A program made the translations under genes and the position numbers. A stretch of DNA of 64,000 nucleotides from Ranitomeya imitator. Taxonomy: Eukaryota. Positions 48,272 to 60,329 of the stretch are shown one piece after another (the first letter of the stretch is position 1; every line of letters begins with the position of its first letter). The notes under the pieces are model-generated. The model was not told where the DNA came from, made no database searches, and was given only the letters and a program-made list of their open reading frames with translations. The stretch is from positions 835,202,001 through 835,266,000 of the forward strand of contig NC_091284.1 of assembly GCF_032444005.1 (NCBI RefSeq). Reading direction: 5' to 3'.

Positions 48272-49207
48272 CTAGTTTAACGCCCTCCTGATGAGTGTAG
48301 CGAGTCTTCTGGCGAATGTGTGTTTCCCAGGTTTGTTGAGGTGTAGTCCGTCTCTGGCGAGGAGTCCATCGTACAAGTAATTCACACCGTGGTCCAGGAA
48401 TCCGAATCCTTGTTGTCTGCACCATCGTCTTAGCCAGTTGTTTGCATCAAGGATCCTGTTCCATCTCCTGGTGCCATGCCCGTCTACTGGAAGGATAGAA
48501 GAAAAAACTACCTGTGCATCCAGTTCCTTTACTTTCTTCCCCAACTCTTCAAAGTCTTTGCAGATTGTCGGTAGGTCCTTCCTTGCCGTGTCATTGGTGC
48601 CAACATGTATCAGAAGAAATGGGTGGACGTCCTTGGAGCTGAAGAGCTTTGGTATCCTATCGGTCACATCCTTGATCATCGCACCTGGAAGGCAGCATAC
48701 TTCTCTTGCGGTTATGTCCGGTCTGCAGATGGCTGCTTCTGTGCCTCTCAGTAGTGAGTCTCCCACCACCACCACTCTTCGTTGCTTCTTGGCTGTACTT
48801 TTTGCTGTCACTTGTTGCTGTGTGCCCTTTTCTTTTTTGCTTGCTGGTATTGCTTCATCCTTAGGTGTGCCATCTTCATCCTCTACAAAGATTTGATATC
48901 GGTTCTTCAGTTGTGTGGTTGGTGATTTCTCCATGGTCACATGCTTCCACTCATCTGCTTTTGGAGGTTCTCTGACACTTTTTTCACCTTCTGTGATCAG
49001 TAGAGATGCTTCTGTTCTGTCTAGAAAGTCTTCATTCTCTTTGATGAGTTTCAAAGTTGCTATTCTTTCTTCCAGACCCCGCACCTTTTCTTCTAAAAGG
49101 GCCACTAGTCTACACTTCTGACAGGTGAAATTTAATTCTTCTTCTGGTCGATCTGTGAACATGTAGCACATGCTGCAGCTCACCATGTAGGTTGTCACAT
49201 CTGCCAT
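48272..49207 (-). CDS. CR1 ORF1 (zinc finger, coiled coil, SGNH esterase), 311 aa
   Basis: CSMC...CQKC; VGDSLLRG, HVGTND and DGLHLN SGNH blocks. Confidence 0.9.
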   Translation of the reverse strand: MADVTTYMVSCSMCYMFTDRPEEELNFTCQKCRLVALLEEKVRGLEERIATLKLIKENEDFLDRTEASLLITEGEKSVREPPKADEWKHVTMEKSPTTQLKNRYQIFVEDEDGTPKDEAIPASKKEKGTQQQVTAKSTAKKQRRVVVVGDSLLRGTEAAICRPDITAREVCCLPGAMIKDVTDRIPKLFSSKDVHPFLLIHVGTNDTARKDLPTICKDFEELGKKVKELDAQVVFSSILPVDGHGTRRWNRILDANNWLRRWCRQQGFGFLDHGVNYLYDGLLARDGLHLNKPGKHTFARRLATLIRRALN

Positions 49208-49300
49208 GTTGCTCCTAGATCCTGCTGACTTGCTGTGTGTTTTCCTTCTTGTGTAATCTACTCAGCCAAGCTCTCTTGCAATAATGTCCTACAGGCGCGC

Positions 49301-49689
49301 GGTTTGGTGATTCTTTCCAAGCAGCTGGTCCCGGCTGTACCCAACGATCTTCTAGCTTAGGGAGACTCTTCGCTTTTCCCATAAGGCACCTGGAATATGC
49401 AAATTAGCCTCCTCAAGCTTGAATCCCTGGTTTGGTGATTCTTTCCAAGCAGCTGGTCCCGGCTGTACCCAACGATCTTCTAGCTTAGGGAGACTCTTCG
49501 CTTTTCCCATAAGGCACCTGGAATATGCAAATTAGCCTCCTCAAGCTTGAATCCCTGGTTTGGTGATTCTTTCCAAGCAGCTGGTCCCGGCTGTACCCAA
49601 CGATCTTCTAGCTTAGGGAGACTCTTCGCTTTTCCCAGAAGGCACCTGGAATATGCAAATTAGCCTCCTCAAGCTTGAATCCCTGGTTT
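49301..49689 (-). repeat. Three 128-bp tandem monomers at the CR1 5' end
   Basis: Unit starts at 49301, 49429 and 49557; each contains ATGCAAAT. Confidence 0.9.
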
Positions 49690-50754
49690 CTACACTTCAG
49701 GTCAGTACGATTACAGCGATACCACAGTTATTTCATTTTTTTTTTTTTTTATCGCTCCTGACTTTTTTTTTTTTCCTATAGAAAAAAAGAATTATTTTTG
49801 CATTGCTTTGAGAATAACTTTTTGTTTTCCCGCTGACGGAGCTGTGTGGCAGCTTCCTCTTACCGGACAGCGTTTTCAGCGATACAATATTAATCTACAT
49901 TCATCTTTTTCATTGTTTTATTCCACTTTTCGTTCAGTGCTATCATGTAGAAACATCGTTGTTTTTTTGTTGGTTTTTCCCCCCGTATTTTATTTTTGGT
50001 TGTCACTGAAAGGGTGAACTGGTGGGATTGTTTTACAGGCTCATGCCAAATATGTGTACTTATTTATTTTTTTACATAAAAATACAAGTCTGTGTGTTTG
50101 TCTTCCTTGTTTCTTTGATTTAGAAAATATATAATTTAATTTGTTTCGCTTTTTTTTTCTTCTCCTGTTTGAGTCTTTCATGGCTCTGCTCGCCGTGATC
50201 GAGCATAGGGCTGCTAATGGAGAAGAAATGATTATCTGCTATGAACGTAGGCCAAGAGGCAGCGTTTATAGCAGATATGAGGTGACAAACACGGGGGTCT
50301 CCTGCAGACCCCCAGTTGTCATTGCCAACCCATCAGTGCCCCGCAATCGTGACAGATTGTTATCAGCTGTAGGTAGATCACGATTCCACCTGTGGCTGTT
50401 AGAAGCACATTACTTCTGATCAGGTCAGCTGTCCTGTGCCGGAAAAGTTGTGGGCTCGGCACCGGAGCCAGCACCAAAGGAGGATACATGTCACGTGACG
50501 TACCTATATGTCGTGAAGGGGTTAATTTGAATGCCTGCTGATTACCCATCCTGCAGATTAATTTAACACTCGCACAATGAGGGATTACCTCCTCTCGCCT
50601 TCCCATAATTCTGTGGAGGATGTGCTGTGGAATATTAAAGGGGCATCTACCTCTGTTTCCAGTGAGACTCTACAGGACAGCAGCCGAGGCACCATGGCTC
50701 CAACTGGAGGAATACAGATCTGATCCACTGCCCATCACTGAACCCATGGAGATG

Positions 50755-51320
50755 TTCGGATAAGCCAGGTTCGGACCATCCGGTCAACTGCCCCCATGGA
50801 GATGTTCAGAGGATGGGACTAGCCCAAGCCTGGCAGTCTTTAGAAAGACCGCAATAACCAGGGATCATCCCGCTCTCCTTTCACCGTGGGCAGAATACTA
50901 CTTGGACAACACAGGGTGTGGGTAACACACTGCGGCAACACTTTATTGAACCACAAAACAGCCAATAACACATAGAACAGTCCCAGCAAATACCCAAGAT
51001 GGTGCACATTACAGAGTCTCGCCCTTCTGCTGACTCGCTGGGATAAGACTTCAGAGCTTCCAGGGCCGACTACCCCACCTGTGGCACACACACACAGAAA
51101 GGAGGTAACGACAAGCTTAAGAAGGTGACAGTCCATTGAGGTACAAGGCCAGGTAACTGGAGGGTCACAACCTGGCTTCTCCCAACATCTCCATGGAGTC
51201 AGGCGACCGGCAGTGCCCAATCTTCACTACTCCAATCCTGTCCATGGAGCTCAGGTGACTGGTGTGTACAAATCCTATCCCAAACGTATCCACGGTGCAG
51301 TGATGGTCAATGGAGCAGAT
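50755..51320 (-). mobile_element. Solo-LTR-like dispersed repeat (longer relative of 17878-18128)
   Basis: TG...CA-like ends, shared blocks with the 18-kb copy and a minus-strand AATAAA. No TSD confirmed. Confidence 0.45.
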
Positions 51321-51639
51321 CTGAATTCTTTCAGCCGAGGCCGAGGTCCCCTAAGCTGTCATCCTGTAGAATAATAAATCTGTGTTCCCTGTGATGGAGA
51401 TATGATGTATTGGCTGCTGGATGTGATACAAAGGGACGCTATACGAGGGGAGGGGATGCGATAAGAGGGGATGAATGTGACACAAGAGGAGGGGATACAG
51501 TGAGCGACGGGTTATTATAGGAGAGGTCTCTGCGCATTGGGCTGGGGTGACAAGATCGAGCTCCTGAAACCACAACTGATGATACGAAGCCGTCTCGCTC
51601 TGTCGTGGATGACGATCATGATGGAGGACGGGAGGGTGT

Positions 51640-52285
51640 GACGGGCTCTGAATGCTCTCTAGCAGCTCTCTGCCTCCTCTGTGGCAGCTCTCTGCCTCCT
51701 CTCTGGTTACTCTGCCTCCTCTCTGGCAGCTCTCTGCCTCCTCTCTGCTTCCTCTCGGGCGACTCTCTGCCTCCTCTGGCGGCTCTCTGCCTCCTCTCTG
51801 GCGGCTCTCTGCCTCCTCTCTGGCGGCTCTGCCTCCTCTCTGGCGGCTCTCTGCCTCCTCTCTGCTTCCTCTCTGTCAGTTCTCTGCCTCCTCTCTGGCG
51901 ACTCTCTGCCTCCTCTCTGGCAACTCTCTGCTTCCTCTCTGGCGGCTCTGCCTCCTCTCTGGCGACTCTCTGCCTCCTCTCTGCCGATTCTCTGCCTCCT
52001 CTCTGGCGATTCTCTGCCTCCTCTCTGCTTCCTCTCTGGCGGCTCTGCCTCCTCTCTGGCGACTCTCTGCCTCCTCTCTGGCGACTCTCTGCTTCCCCTC
52101 TGGCGAATCTCTGCCTCCTCTCTGGCGGCTCTACCTCCTCTCTGCCTCCTCTCTGGTGACTCTACCTCCTCTCTGGCGACTTTCTGCCTCCTCTCTGGTG
52201 ACTCTACCTCCTCTCTGCCTCTTCTCTGGTGACTCTACCTCCTCTCTGCCGACTTTCTGCCTCCTCTCTGGCGGCTCTCCGTCTC
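51640..52285. repeat. ~20-23 bp C/T-rich minisatellite (CTCTGCCTCCTCTCTGGCGG)
   Basis: Directly visible. Confidence 0.9.
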
Positions 52286-53169
52286 TCACGCCCCTCACCC
52301 TCCTTATTCGGAGCGTCTGATGAAATAAGGCCTCAGAACCTCTTCCTGCATCGTACAACGGTCTCTATTAACCCTGTGGCTGCTGCCTGACTATGATCTA
52401 CAGCGGACGGTCATATCTGCCCTGTAAAGGCAGGAGGCGCTGGTGGCAGCTACATGGGGGGGGGTGGCCGGTTCTTTTGCAGTATTAAATATTAGCAGAG
52501 CCCCCCGTCCTGCAGTTTAATCCCTACTGCTCTTTATTTCTCATCTGTCGTCTCAAAGATGAGAACAAGAAAAAAAAAAGTATTTGCCGAGAATGAAACC
52601 TGAAGCTGATGGGCCGAACCCTATCAGGCACCTGTAGGGTCTCAGTATGTCTGATAGAAGGGGGTCCCATCTGTGCGACCCGCACTGCGCCCCCCAACCA
52701 CCGGTAGCAGCCATCGCTCTCACCGATCACTTCTATGGGAGATGTGCTGGGCAGGGGAGCGGGGACATCGGTGAGACCCATCTATCAGGAACACCTGCCT
52801 CCCTGTACAAAGGACCTGCCAAATAGACCGGATTCATAAAGAAAGCGCCGGCTGCAGCGACATGTGGCGGCTTTATTAAGGAATGGTGCGCCCGCCAGCG
52901 CCCGGACTACGGCACTTTTATTTAGTGTACATTGTGAGTTTGTCGGCTGCACCCTTTTCACAATAAAATCTGCCCACTTCTGAAATCGTAGAGCGGCGGT
53001 CTAGGACCACAAATTGCACAAAATAATTGAGGTATTTCAACAGTATTATGCCAAAATTCTGTCTCACAAGTATGACTCTGGGGCACAGGGTTTCAGCCAT
53101 TTTTAAGATCTCTGCTGGCGGCCTGCGAATAGAAGCATCCACACATCTGCAGACTGAGGGCAGAGCTGC

Positions 53170-54252
53170 GTGGCGAGTTCTGCTCTGAGGGCATTTACTG
53201 CTGCGGGGTGAGTTCTGCTCTGAGGGCATTTATTGCTGCTGAGTGAGTTCTGCTCTGAGGGCATTTATTGCTGCTGAGTGAGTTCTGCTCTGAGGGCATT
53301 TATTGCTGCGGGGCGAGTTCTGCTCTGAGGGCCTTTATTGCCCCAGGGTGAGTTCTGCTCTGAGGGCATTTATTGCTGCGGGACGAGTTCTGCTCTGAGG
53401 GCATTTATTGCTGCGGTGCGAGTTCTGCTCTGAGGGCATTTATTGCTGCGGGGCGAGTTCTGCTCTGAGGGCATTTATTGCCCCAGGGTGAGTTCTGCTC
53501 TGAGGGCATTTATTGCCCCGGGGTGAGTTCTGCTCTGAGGGCATTTATTGCTGCGGGACGAGTTCTGCTCTGAGGGCATTTATTGCCCCAGGGTGAGTTC
53601 TGCTCTGAGGGCATTTATTGCTGCGGGACGAGTTCTGCTCTGAGGGCATTTACTGCTGCGTGGCGATTTCTGCTCTGAGGGCATTTAATGCTGCGGGGCG
53701 AGTTCTGCTCTGAGGGCATTTATTGCTGCGGGGCGAGTTCTGCTCTGAGGGCATTTATTGCTGCGGGACGAGTTCTGCTCTGGGGGCATTTATTGCTGCG
53801 TGACTAGTTCTGCTCTGAGGGCATTTATTGCTGGGGGCGAGTTCTGCTCTGAGGGCATTTATTGCTGTGGGGCAAATTCTGCTCTGAGGGCATTTATTGC
53901 TGCCGGACAATTTCTGCTCTGAGGGCATTTATTGCTGTGGGGCAAATTCTGCTCTGAGGGCATTTATTGCTGCGGGACGAGTTCTGCTCTGAGGGCATGT
54001 ATTGCTGCGGGATGAGTTCTGCTCTGAGGGCATTTATTGCTGTGGGGTGAGTTCTGCTCTGAGGGCATTTATTGCCCCAGGGTGAGTTCTGCTCTGAGGG
54101 CATGTATTGCTGCAGGGCGAGTTCTGCTCTGAGGGCATTTATTACTGCGGGGCGAGTTCTGCTCTGAGGGCATTTATTGCCTCAGGGTGAGTTCTGCTCT
54201 GAGGGCATTTATTGCTGCGGGGCGAGTTCTGCTCTGAGGGCATTTATTGCAG
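53170..54252 (-). repeat. 35-bp minisatellite carrying AATAAA on the LRRC51 sense strand in most units
   Basis: Period 35 (53221/53256); about 31 units. The plus-strand TTTATT reads AATAAA on minus. Confidence 0.95.
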
Positions 54253-54292
54253 CCCCGCCTATCACATATCTGTCCCGATGGCTTCAGGTCCG

Positions 54293-54431
54293 TCACTGCT
54301 TCTTGGATCTTTTCCCACGTCTGGGCCTCGGGGTCATTCGTCTCCACACGTCAGCTGTGACCCGATCTTGCTTGGTGACTGCGCTGAAGTCGAGGGTCTT
54401 GAGATTGGGCAGAAGACACAGGATGTAGGAC
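54293..54431 (-). CDS. LRRC51: LRRC51 coding exon 4 (terminal)
   Basis: cctcacag acceptor; (R)SYILCLLPNLKTLDFSAVTKQDRVTADVWRRMTPRPRRGKRSKKQ-TGA. Confidence 0.95.
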
Positions 54432-54715
54432 CTGTGAGGGGCACAGAGCGGTGGTTATGGACTGTCATCCTCGCCCTGTTATGGGTGGTGGTGATCCGGC
54501 CTGCACCATTTCTCACCCTAATATCACATGGGGGATCTACCGCCGGAGCCTCCATCGCTCTGGAGACGCCATTCTTACAAAAAGTAAAACAATCTCAATG
54601 AACTTTGCATTGCAGCCGATCTCTGGTTGGATCGCGGCACAATCACGGCGTCATGTGAGCGCGTTGACCACTTGGGTTTGCGCCTCTGCGGCCCCTTATT
54701 TGCCGGCGGTCTCAC

Positions 54716-54864
54716 CTGTAGCCTCTCTCGGTTTCGATGGGGTTTCCGTGCAGGCTGAGGCTCCTCAGGTCGGGCAGAGCGGCCAGCTTGTCCACCTCGC
54801 TCAGGTCACTGATGCTGTTTCCGTGCAGGTTGAGCACCGACAGACGCCGGTACGAGGTCAGGAC
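54716..54864 (-). CDS. LRRC51: LRRC51 coding exon 3
   Basis: VLTSYRRLSVLNLHGNSISDLSEVDKLAALPDLRSLSLHGNPIETERGY; gtgaga donor; 149 nt. Confidence 0.96.
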
Positions 54865-54940
54865 CTTCCAGGGCACAGTCACACATTACTGTAATACTCT
54901 GTGCTGCTGGCAGTAACATGCTCTGTACGCTGCGACTTAC

Positions 54941-55146
54941 GGGGTCAATGCTGGGAAGGTCATTGAAGGACAGGTCTATCCAGCACAGTTGGGACGGGTC
55001 GCTCAGCAGTTTCTCAGCGATTTCTCCAAAGCCGTGAAGGTCCGTCAGGGTGTTATTGTTCAGCCGCAGCGCCCGACTCATCAGCTTCCCGTTTTCACAG
55101 CGTTTTATGGGTTTTGGTCCCTCACGGGGGTCCTCCTGTAAAACAT
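54941..55146 (-). CDS. LRRC51: LRRC51 coding exon 2
   Basis: (D)VLQEDPREGPKPIKRCENGKLMSRALRLNNNTLTDL...LCWIDLSFNDLPSIDP; gtaagt donor; 206 nt. Matches human WIDLSFNDLTSIDP. Confidence 0.96.
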
Positions 55147-55189
55147 CTGCGGGGGGTGGAGAAGTATTTTAAGATTTAAAAATAGCCGG

Positions 55190-56430
55190 CACATGGACCC
55201 CCACCTGACTAGTCACTGGTGATCGGAGGGATGGGGAGAGCCGGCACACGGACCCCCACCTGACTAGTCACCTGTGATCAGAGGGATGGGGAGAGCCGAC
55301 ACACGGACCCCCACCTGACTAGTCACCGGTGATCAGAGGGATGGGGAGAGCCGGCACACGGACCCCCACCTGACTAGTCACTGGTGATAAGAGGGATGGG
55401 GAGAGCCGGCACACGGACCCCCACCTGAATAGTCACCGGTGATCAGAGGGATGGGGAGAGCCGGCACACGGACCCCCACCTGACTAGTCACCGGTGATCA
55501 GAGGGATGGGGAGAGCCGACACACGGACCCCCACCTGACTAGTCACTGGTGATAAGAGGGATGGGGAGAGCCGGCACACGGACCCCCACCTGATTAGTCA
55601 CCGGTGATCAGAGGGATGGGGAGAGCCGACACACGGACCCCCACCTGACTAGTCACTGGTGATAAGAGGGATGGGGAGAGCCGACACACGGACCCCCACC
55701 TGACTAGTCACCTGTGATCAGAGGGATGGGGAGAGCCGACACACGGACCCCCACCTGACTAGTCACTGGTGATAAGAGGGATGGGGAGAGCCAGCACACG
55801 GACCCCCACCTGACTAGTCACCTGTGATCAGAGGGATGGGGAGAGCCGGCACATGGACCCCCACCTGAATAGTCCCCGGTGATCAGAGGGATGGGGAGAG
55901 CCGTCACACGGAACCCCACCTGACTAGTCACCGGTAATCAGAGGGATGGGGAGAGCCGACACAATGACCCCCACCTGACTAGTTACCTGTGATCAGAGGG
56001 ATGGGGAGAGCCGGCACACAGACCCCACCTGACTAGTCACTGGTGATCGGAGGGATGGGAAGAGCTGGCACACGGACCCCCACTTGATAAGTCACCTGTG
56101 ATCAGAGGGATGGGAGAGCCGGCACACGGACCCCCACCTGATAAGTCACCTGTGATCAGAGGGATGGGGAGAGCCGGCACACGGACCCCACCTGACTAGT
56201 CACTGGTGATTGGAGGGATGGGGAGAGGCGGCACACGGACCCCCACCTGACTAGTCACTGGTGATTGGAGGGATGGGGAGAGCCGGCACATGGACCCCCA
56301 CCTGATAAGTCACCTGTGATCAGAGGGATGGGAGAGCCGACACACGGACCCCCACCTGACTAGTCACCGGTGATCAGAGGGATGGGGAGAGCCATCACAC
56401 GGACCCCCACCTGACTAGTCACCGGTGGTC
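55190..56430. repeat. 55-bp minisatellite in an LRRC51 intron with overlapping palindromes TGACTAGTCA/TCACCGGTGA
   Basis: Period 55 (55201/55256); about 22 units. Confidence 0.95.
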
Positions 56431-57028
56431 AGATGTCTGCGGGATCACAAGACCCCATTCTGGAGTTATATGCAGGTTGCAGAATTGATCCAGTGGATCT
56501 GTTATACGTGTCTCTTGTACAGAGCCCCTTTAGAAGTTCAGACCACCTCTTCACAATCAGTGTGTTTCCCCTTATAGTAGCAGCTACACTCGCCTCCGTC
56601 ATCGGTGCCATCAGCAGTGTCGGCATCGGCTCCCCCGACATTCGTGGAATAACAGAGTCAGTGCTGGCACCGCTGGGCAGTGCAGACCCCGGAGGCGAGT
56701 ACATAATACGGGGGGTCACAGTGATGGAGTCTGAGTGGTGGACACACCCTTGACATTAATGGGGAGATCTCCTGGAGATGTTGGCGGATCTTTGGTGATA
56801 GGATGAAAGTTGCCAGAAAGCTCCTGGAGGTTTAGGTAGATGAGATGATCAGAACTGGGGGAAGTGATGACATGATGGGCAGACCCCCTTAGCTGGCTCT
56901 GCAGCGTACACCCCTTTCCTCCGCAGAGGTCATTGTCGGGCATGTGGCTCTCATGGTTCACCCTGAACATTCCTGGTTATTACTTACACAGTATTATATT
57001 ACTGAAGTGTTCAGAGATCGGCCATTAC

Positions 57029-57107
57029 CTTCCATGGAGGTGATGCACTTGAACGCCAGGTCTACGGGGGGCCCCGAATCGCAGTCATTGTCGATGCGTT
57101 TACTCAT
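57029..57107 (-). CDS. LRRC51: LRRC51 coding exon 1 (exon begins at 57115)
   Basis: MSKRIDNDCDSGPPVDLAFKCITSME-G|gtaatg, similar to human EPPLDYSFRSI. Spliced CDS is 573 nt = 190 aa. Confidence 0.92.
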
Positions 57108-57829
57108 TGTGAGACCTGCACATGAGACGCAGGAAACAAGTCAGCACCACAGGTATCCACCCAAATATCTGGGGTCCCCCGAATTTTCCCCATCCCTGTA
57201 TAGACCTGATATCTGAGAGGACCCCAGAAACCCCCAACTATACAGTGTGAATGTGACTTCACGTGTTACCGGCAGCTGCCTGCAGAGGGCAGCACCATGC
57301 GGCTACTGTCCTGTGCTGACCTGTGACCTGTGCGCATTATCAGGCCGTGAACAATTCCCCAAAACGTAAAGAACATTTCCCGACGTGGATTCCACTAGAA
57401 AAATCCTGGCTTTTTATCTCCTCAAAAATACTTTTTGGTTTACAACTTTGTAGCCTTGGAGACCGACCACCGCGGCTGGACAGCAGAGCCTGCGCAGAGC
57501 TCTTTTCTATCAATATGGTTAGCGCTAACATGAAGCTGCCAGGAGCAGTGGAGCATCCTAATCCAGCTCCAGCGCAGTGTTCACAGCAGTGGTGGTCGGT
57601 CTCCAAGGCAACAAACAGTATGCTAAAGACAAAAGTGTTTATATGTCAAGAACGGCTAGAAAAGGAAAGAAACAGCAAAATGGCCGAAGCTCCTGTAGCC
57701 ACAAGCTTCATCTGACGCCGTCATCTATGAAGAGGGGAACAAGCCAGCACCGGAGCCGAAAGCTTTGAGCAGCTAGAGACCTGGAGGAGGGAAGCGGAAC
57801 TGACGGATGGTGACGCCCAGCACAGCCTA

Positions 57830-59800
57830 AAATCACAGTCTATAACCCAGCCTATAATCCAGGCGCGCAGCCTATAATCCAGGCGCGCAACCTATAATCT
57901 AGGCACACAGCCTATAATCACAGTCTATAATCCAGCCTATAATCCAGGCGCACAGCCTATAATCACAGTCTATAACCCAACCTATAATCCAGGCGCACAG
58001 CCTATAATCACAGTCTATAACCCAACCTATAATCCAGGCGCACAGCCTATAATCACAGTCTATAACCCAACCTATAATCCAGGCGCACAGCCTATAATCA
58101 CAGTCTATAACCCAACCTATAATCCAGGCGCACAGCCTATAATCACAGTCTATAACCCAACCTATAATCCAGGCGCACAGCCTATAATCACAGTCTATAA
58201 CCCAACCTATAATCCAGGCGCACAGCCTATAATCACAGTCTATAACCCAGCCTATAATCCAGGCGCACAGCCTATAATCACAGTCTATAACCCAACCTAT
58301 AATCCAGGCGCGCAGCCTATAATCACAGTCTATAATCCAGCCTATAATCCAGGCGCACAGCCTATAATCACAGTCTATAACCCAACCTATAATCCAGGCG
58401 CACAGCCTATAATCACAGTCTATAACCCAGCCTATAATCCAGGCGCACAGCTTATATTCACAGTCTATAACCCAGCCTATAATCCAGGCGCGCAGCCTAT
58501 AATCCAGGCACGCAGCCTATAATCACAGTCTATAATCCAGCCTATAATCCAGGTGCACAGCCTATAATCACAGTCTATAACCCAGCCTATAATCCAGGCG
58601 CGCAGCCTATAATCCAGGCACGCAGCCTATAATCACAGTCTATAACCCAACCTATAATCCAGGCGCACAGCCTATAATCACAGTCTATAACCCAGCCTAA
58701 AATCCAGGCGCGCAGTTTATAATCACAGTCTATAATCCAGCCTATAATCCAGGCGCGCAGCCTATAATCACAGTCTATAATCCAGCCTATAATCCAGGCG
58801 CGCAGCCTATAATCACAGTCTATAATCCAGCCACACAGCCTATAATCAGTCTATAATCCAGCCTATAATCCAGCCGCAAAGCCTATAATCCAGTCTATAA
58901 CCCAGCCTATAATCCAGCCTATAATCCAGGCACGCAGCCTATAATTCAGTCTATAATCCAGCCTATAATTCAGGCGCACAGCCTATTATCCAGCCTACAA
59001 TCCAGGTGCACAGCCTATAATCCAGCCTACAATCCAGGCGCACAGCCTATAATCCAGCCTACAATCCAGGCGCACAGCCTATAATCCAGCCTACAATCCA
59101 GGCGCACAGACTATAATCCAGCCTACAATCCAGGCGCACAGCCTATAATCCAGCCTACAATCCAGGCGCACAGCCTATAATCCAGGCGCACATCCTATAA
59201 TCCAGCCTACAATCCAGGCGCACAGCCTATAATCCAGGCGCACAGCCTATAATCCAGCCTACAATCCAGGCACACAGCCTGTAATCCAGGCGCACATCCT
59301 ATAATCCAGCCTACAATCCAGGCGCACAGCCTATAATCCAGGCGCACAGCCTATAATCCAGGCGCACAGCCTATAATCCAGACGCACAGCCTATAATCCA
59401 GTCGCACAGCCTATAATCCAGGCGCACAGCCTATAATCCAGCCTATAATCCAGGCGCACAGCCTATAATCCAGGCGCACAGCCTATAATCCAGGCGCACA
59501 GCCTATAATCCAGGCGCACAGCCTATAATCCATCCTATAATCCAGGCGCACAGCCTATAATCCAGGCGCACAGCCTATAATCCAGGCGCACAGCCTATAA
59601 TCCAGCCTATAATCCAGGCGCACAGCCTATAATCCAGGCACACAGCCTATAATCCAGGCGCACAGCCTATAATCCAGGCGCACAGCCTATAATCCAGGCG
59701 CACAGCCTATAATCCAGGCGCACAGCCTATAATCCAGGCGCACAGCCTATAATCCAGGCGCACAGCCTATAATCCAGGCGCACAGCCTATAATCCAGGAG
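57830..59800. repeat. Compound 11/20-bp minisatellite (CAGCCTATAATCCAGGCGCA) in the probable LRRC51 first intron
   Basis: Directly visible. Shifts from ~49-bp composite units to pure 20-mers. Confidence 0.95.
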
Positions 59801-59889
59801 CTCAGTAGTGACTGCCCAATAACTCCAGCACCGAGCACAGCCGCTTTCTGCCTCCGTTCTACTCACAGACACGTCCTGTAACCTAGCGA

Positions 59890-60010
59890 CAGCTCACCAT
59901 GGCAACCGAACACAACAGGCTAGCCAACAGGAAGCATCGTAACACCTGACCGGAAGGCTTCAGTCACCTGACCGGAAATGCCGAAGGAACCGACCGGAAG
60001 TAATACCGCC
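59890..60010 (-). promoter_or_regulatory. Probable LRRC51 promoter / non-coding exon 1
   Basis: Minus-strand donor ATG|GTGAGC at 59898, CCATGGCAAC (RFX X-box-like) 59897-59906, and three CCGGAA ETS motifs (59950, 59972, 59994). Confidence 0.5.
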
Positions 60011-60329
60011 CCCTGTGGCTGCTTTGATGTGTTCCAGTCATTGTAGAACTATTAGTGCCAGCATTACTCCGTCAGCAGCGCATAGTGTGTTTTTCCGCCT
60101 GTGGTCAGGGCTCTTGCCATAGGGCATTTTGTGTTCCCCGCAGTGCTGGATACCGCACAGTGTGAATATTCCTTTCTGGGTCGCCGTTTCCTGGCTCCTG
60201 GTCACATTGAGCAGATTAGAGGGCTGCGGTATTTGTAGTCCTGGCCTATCTGGGGGGTAATCAGTGTCAGATTGCGAGGAGCGATCACATGCAGAGCGCC
60301 CCCCGCTGTATAGAGGCCGAGGCAGGTAC

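Larger units (their letters stand above)
47053..49689 (-). mobile_element. CR1-like LINE, 5' part (5' UTR monomers, ORF1, endonuclease half of ORF2)
   Basis: Ends at ...FFNYIN, exactly where the 44190 segment resumes with NSKRIK. Confidence 0.95.
30850..50525. mobile_element. TTAA-flanked non-autonomous DNA element (Kolobok/T2-like), interrupted by ~17 kb of nested insertions
   Basis: Left TTAA-CCCCTTTACCAC; right end reverse-complements to TTAA-CCCCTTCACGAC. Own sequence at ~30854-32580 and ~49690-50521. Confidence 0.6.

Noticed and set aside
54100-54716. LRTOMT-type read-through or dual-frame fusion
   Set aside because: LRRC51 ends with a normal terminal exon and poly(A) signals, and no TOMT exons were identified to splice to.
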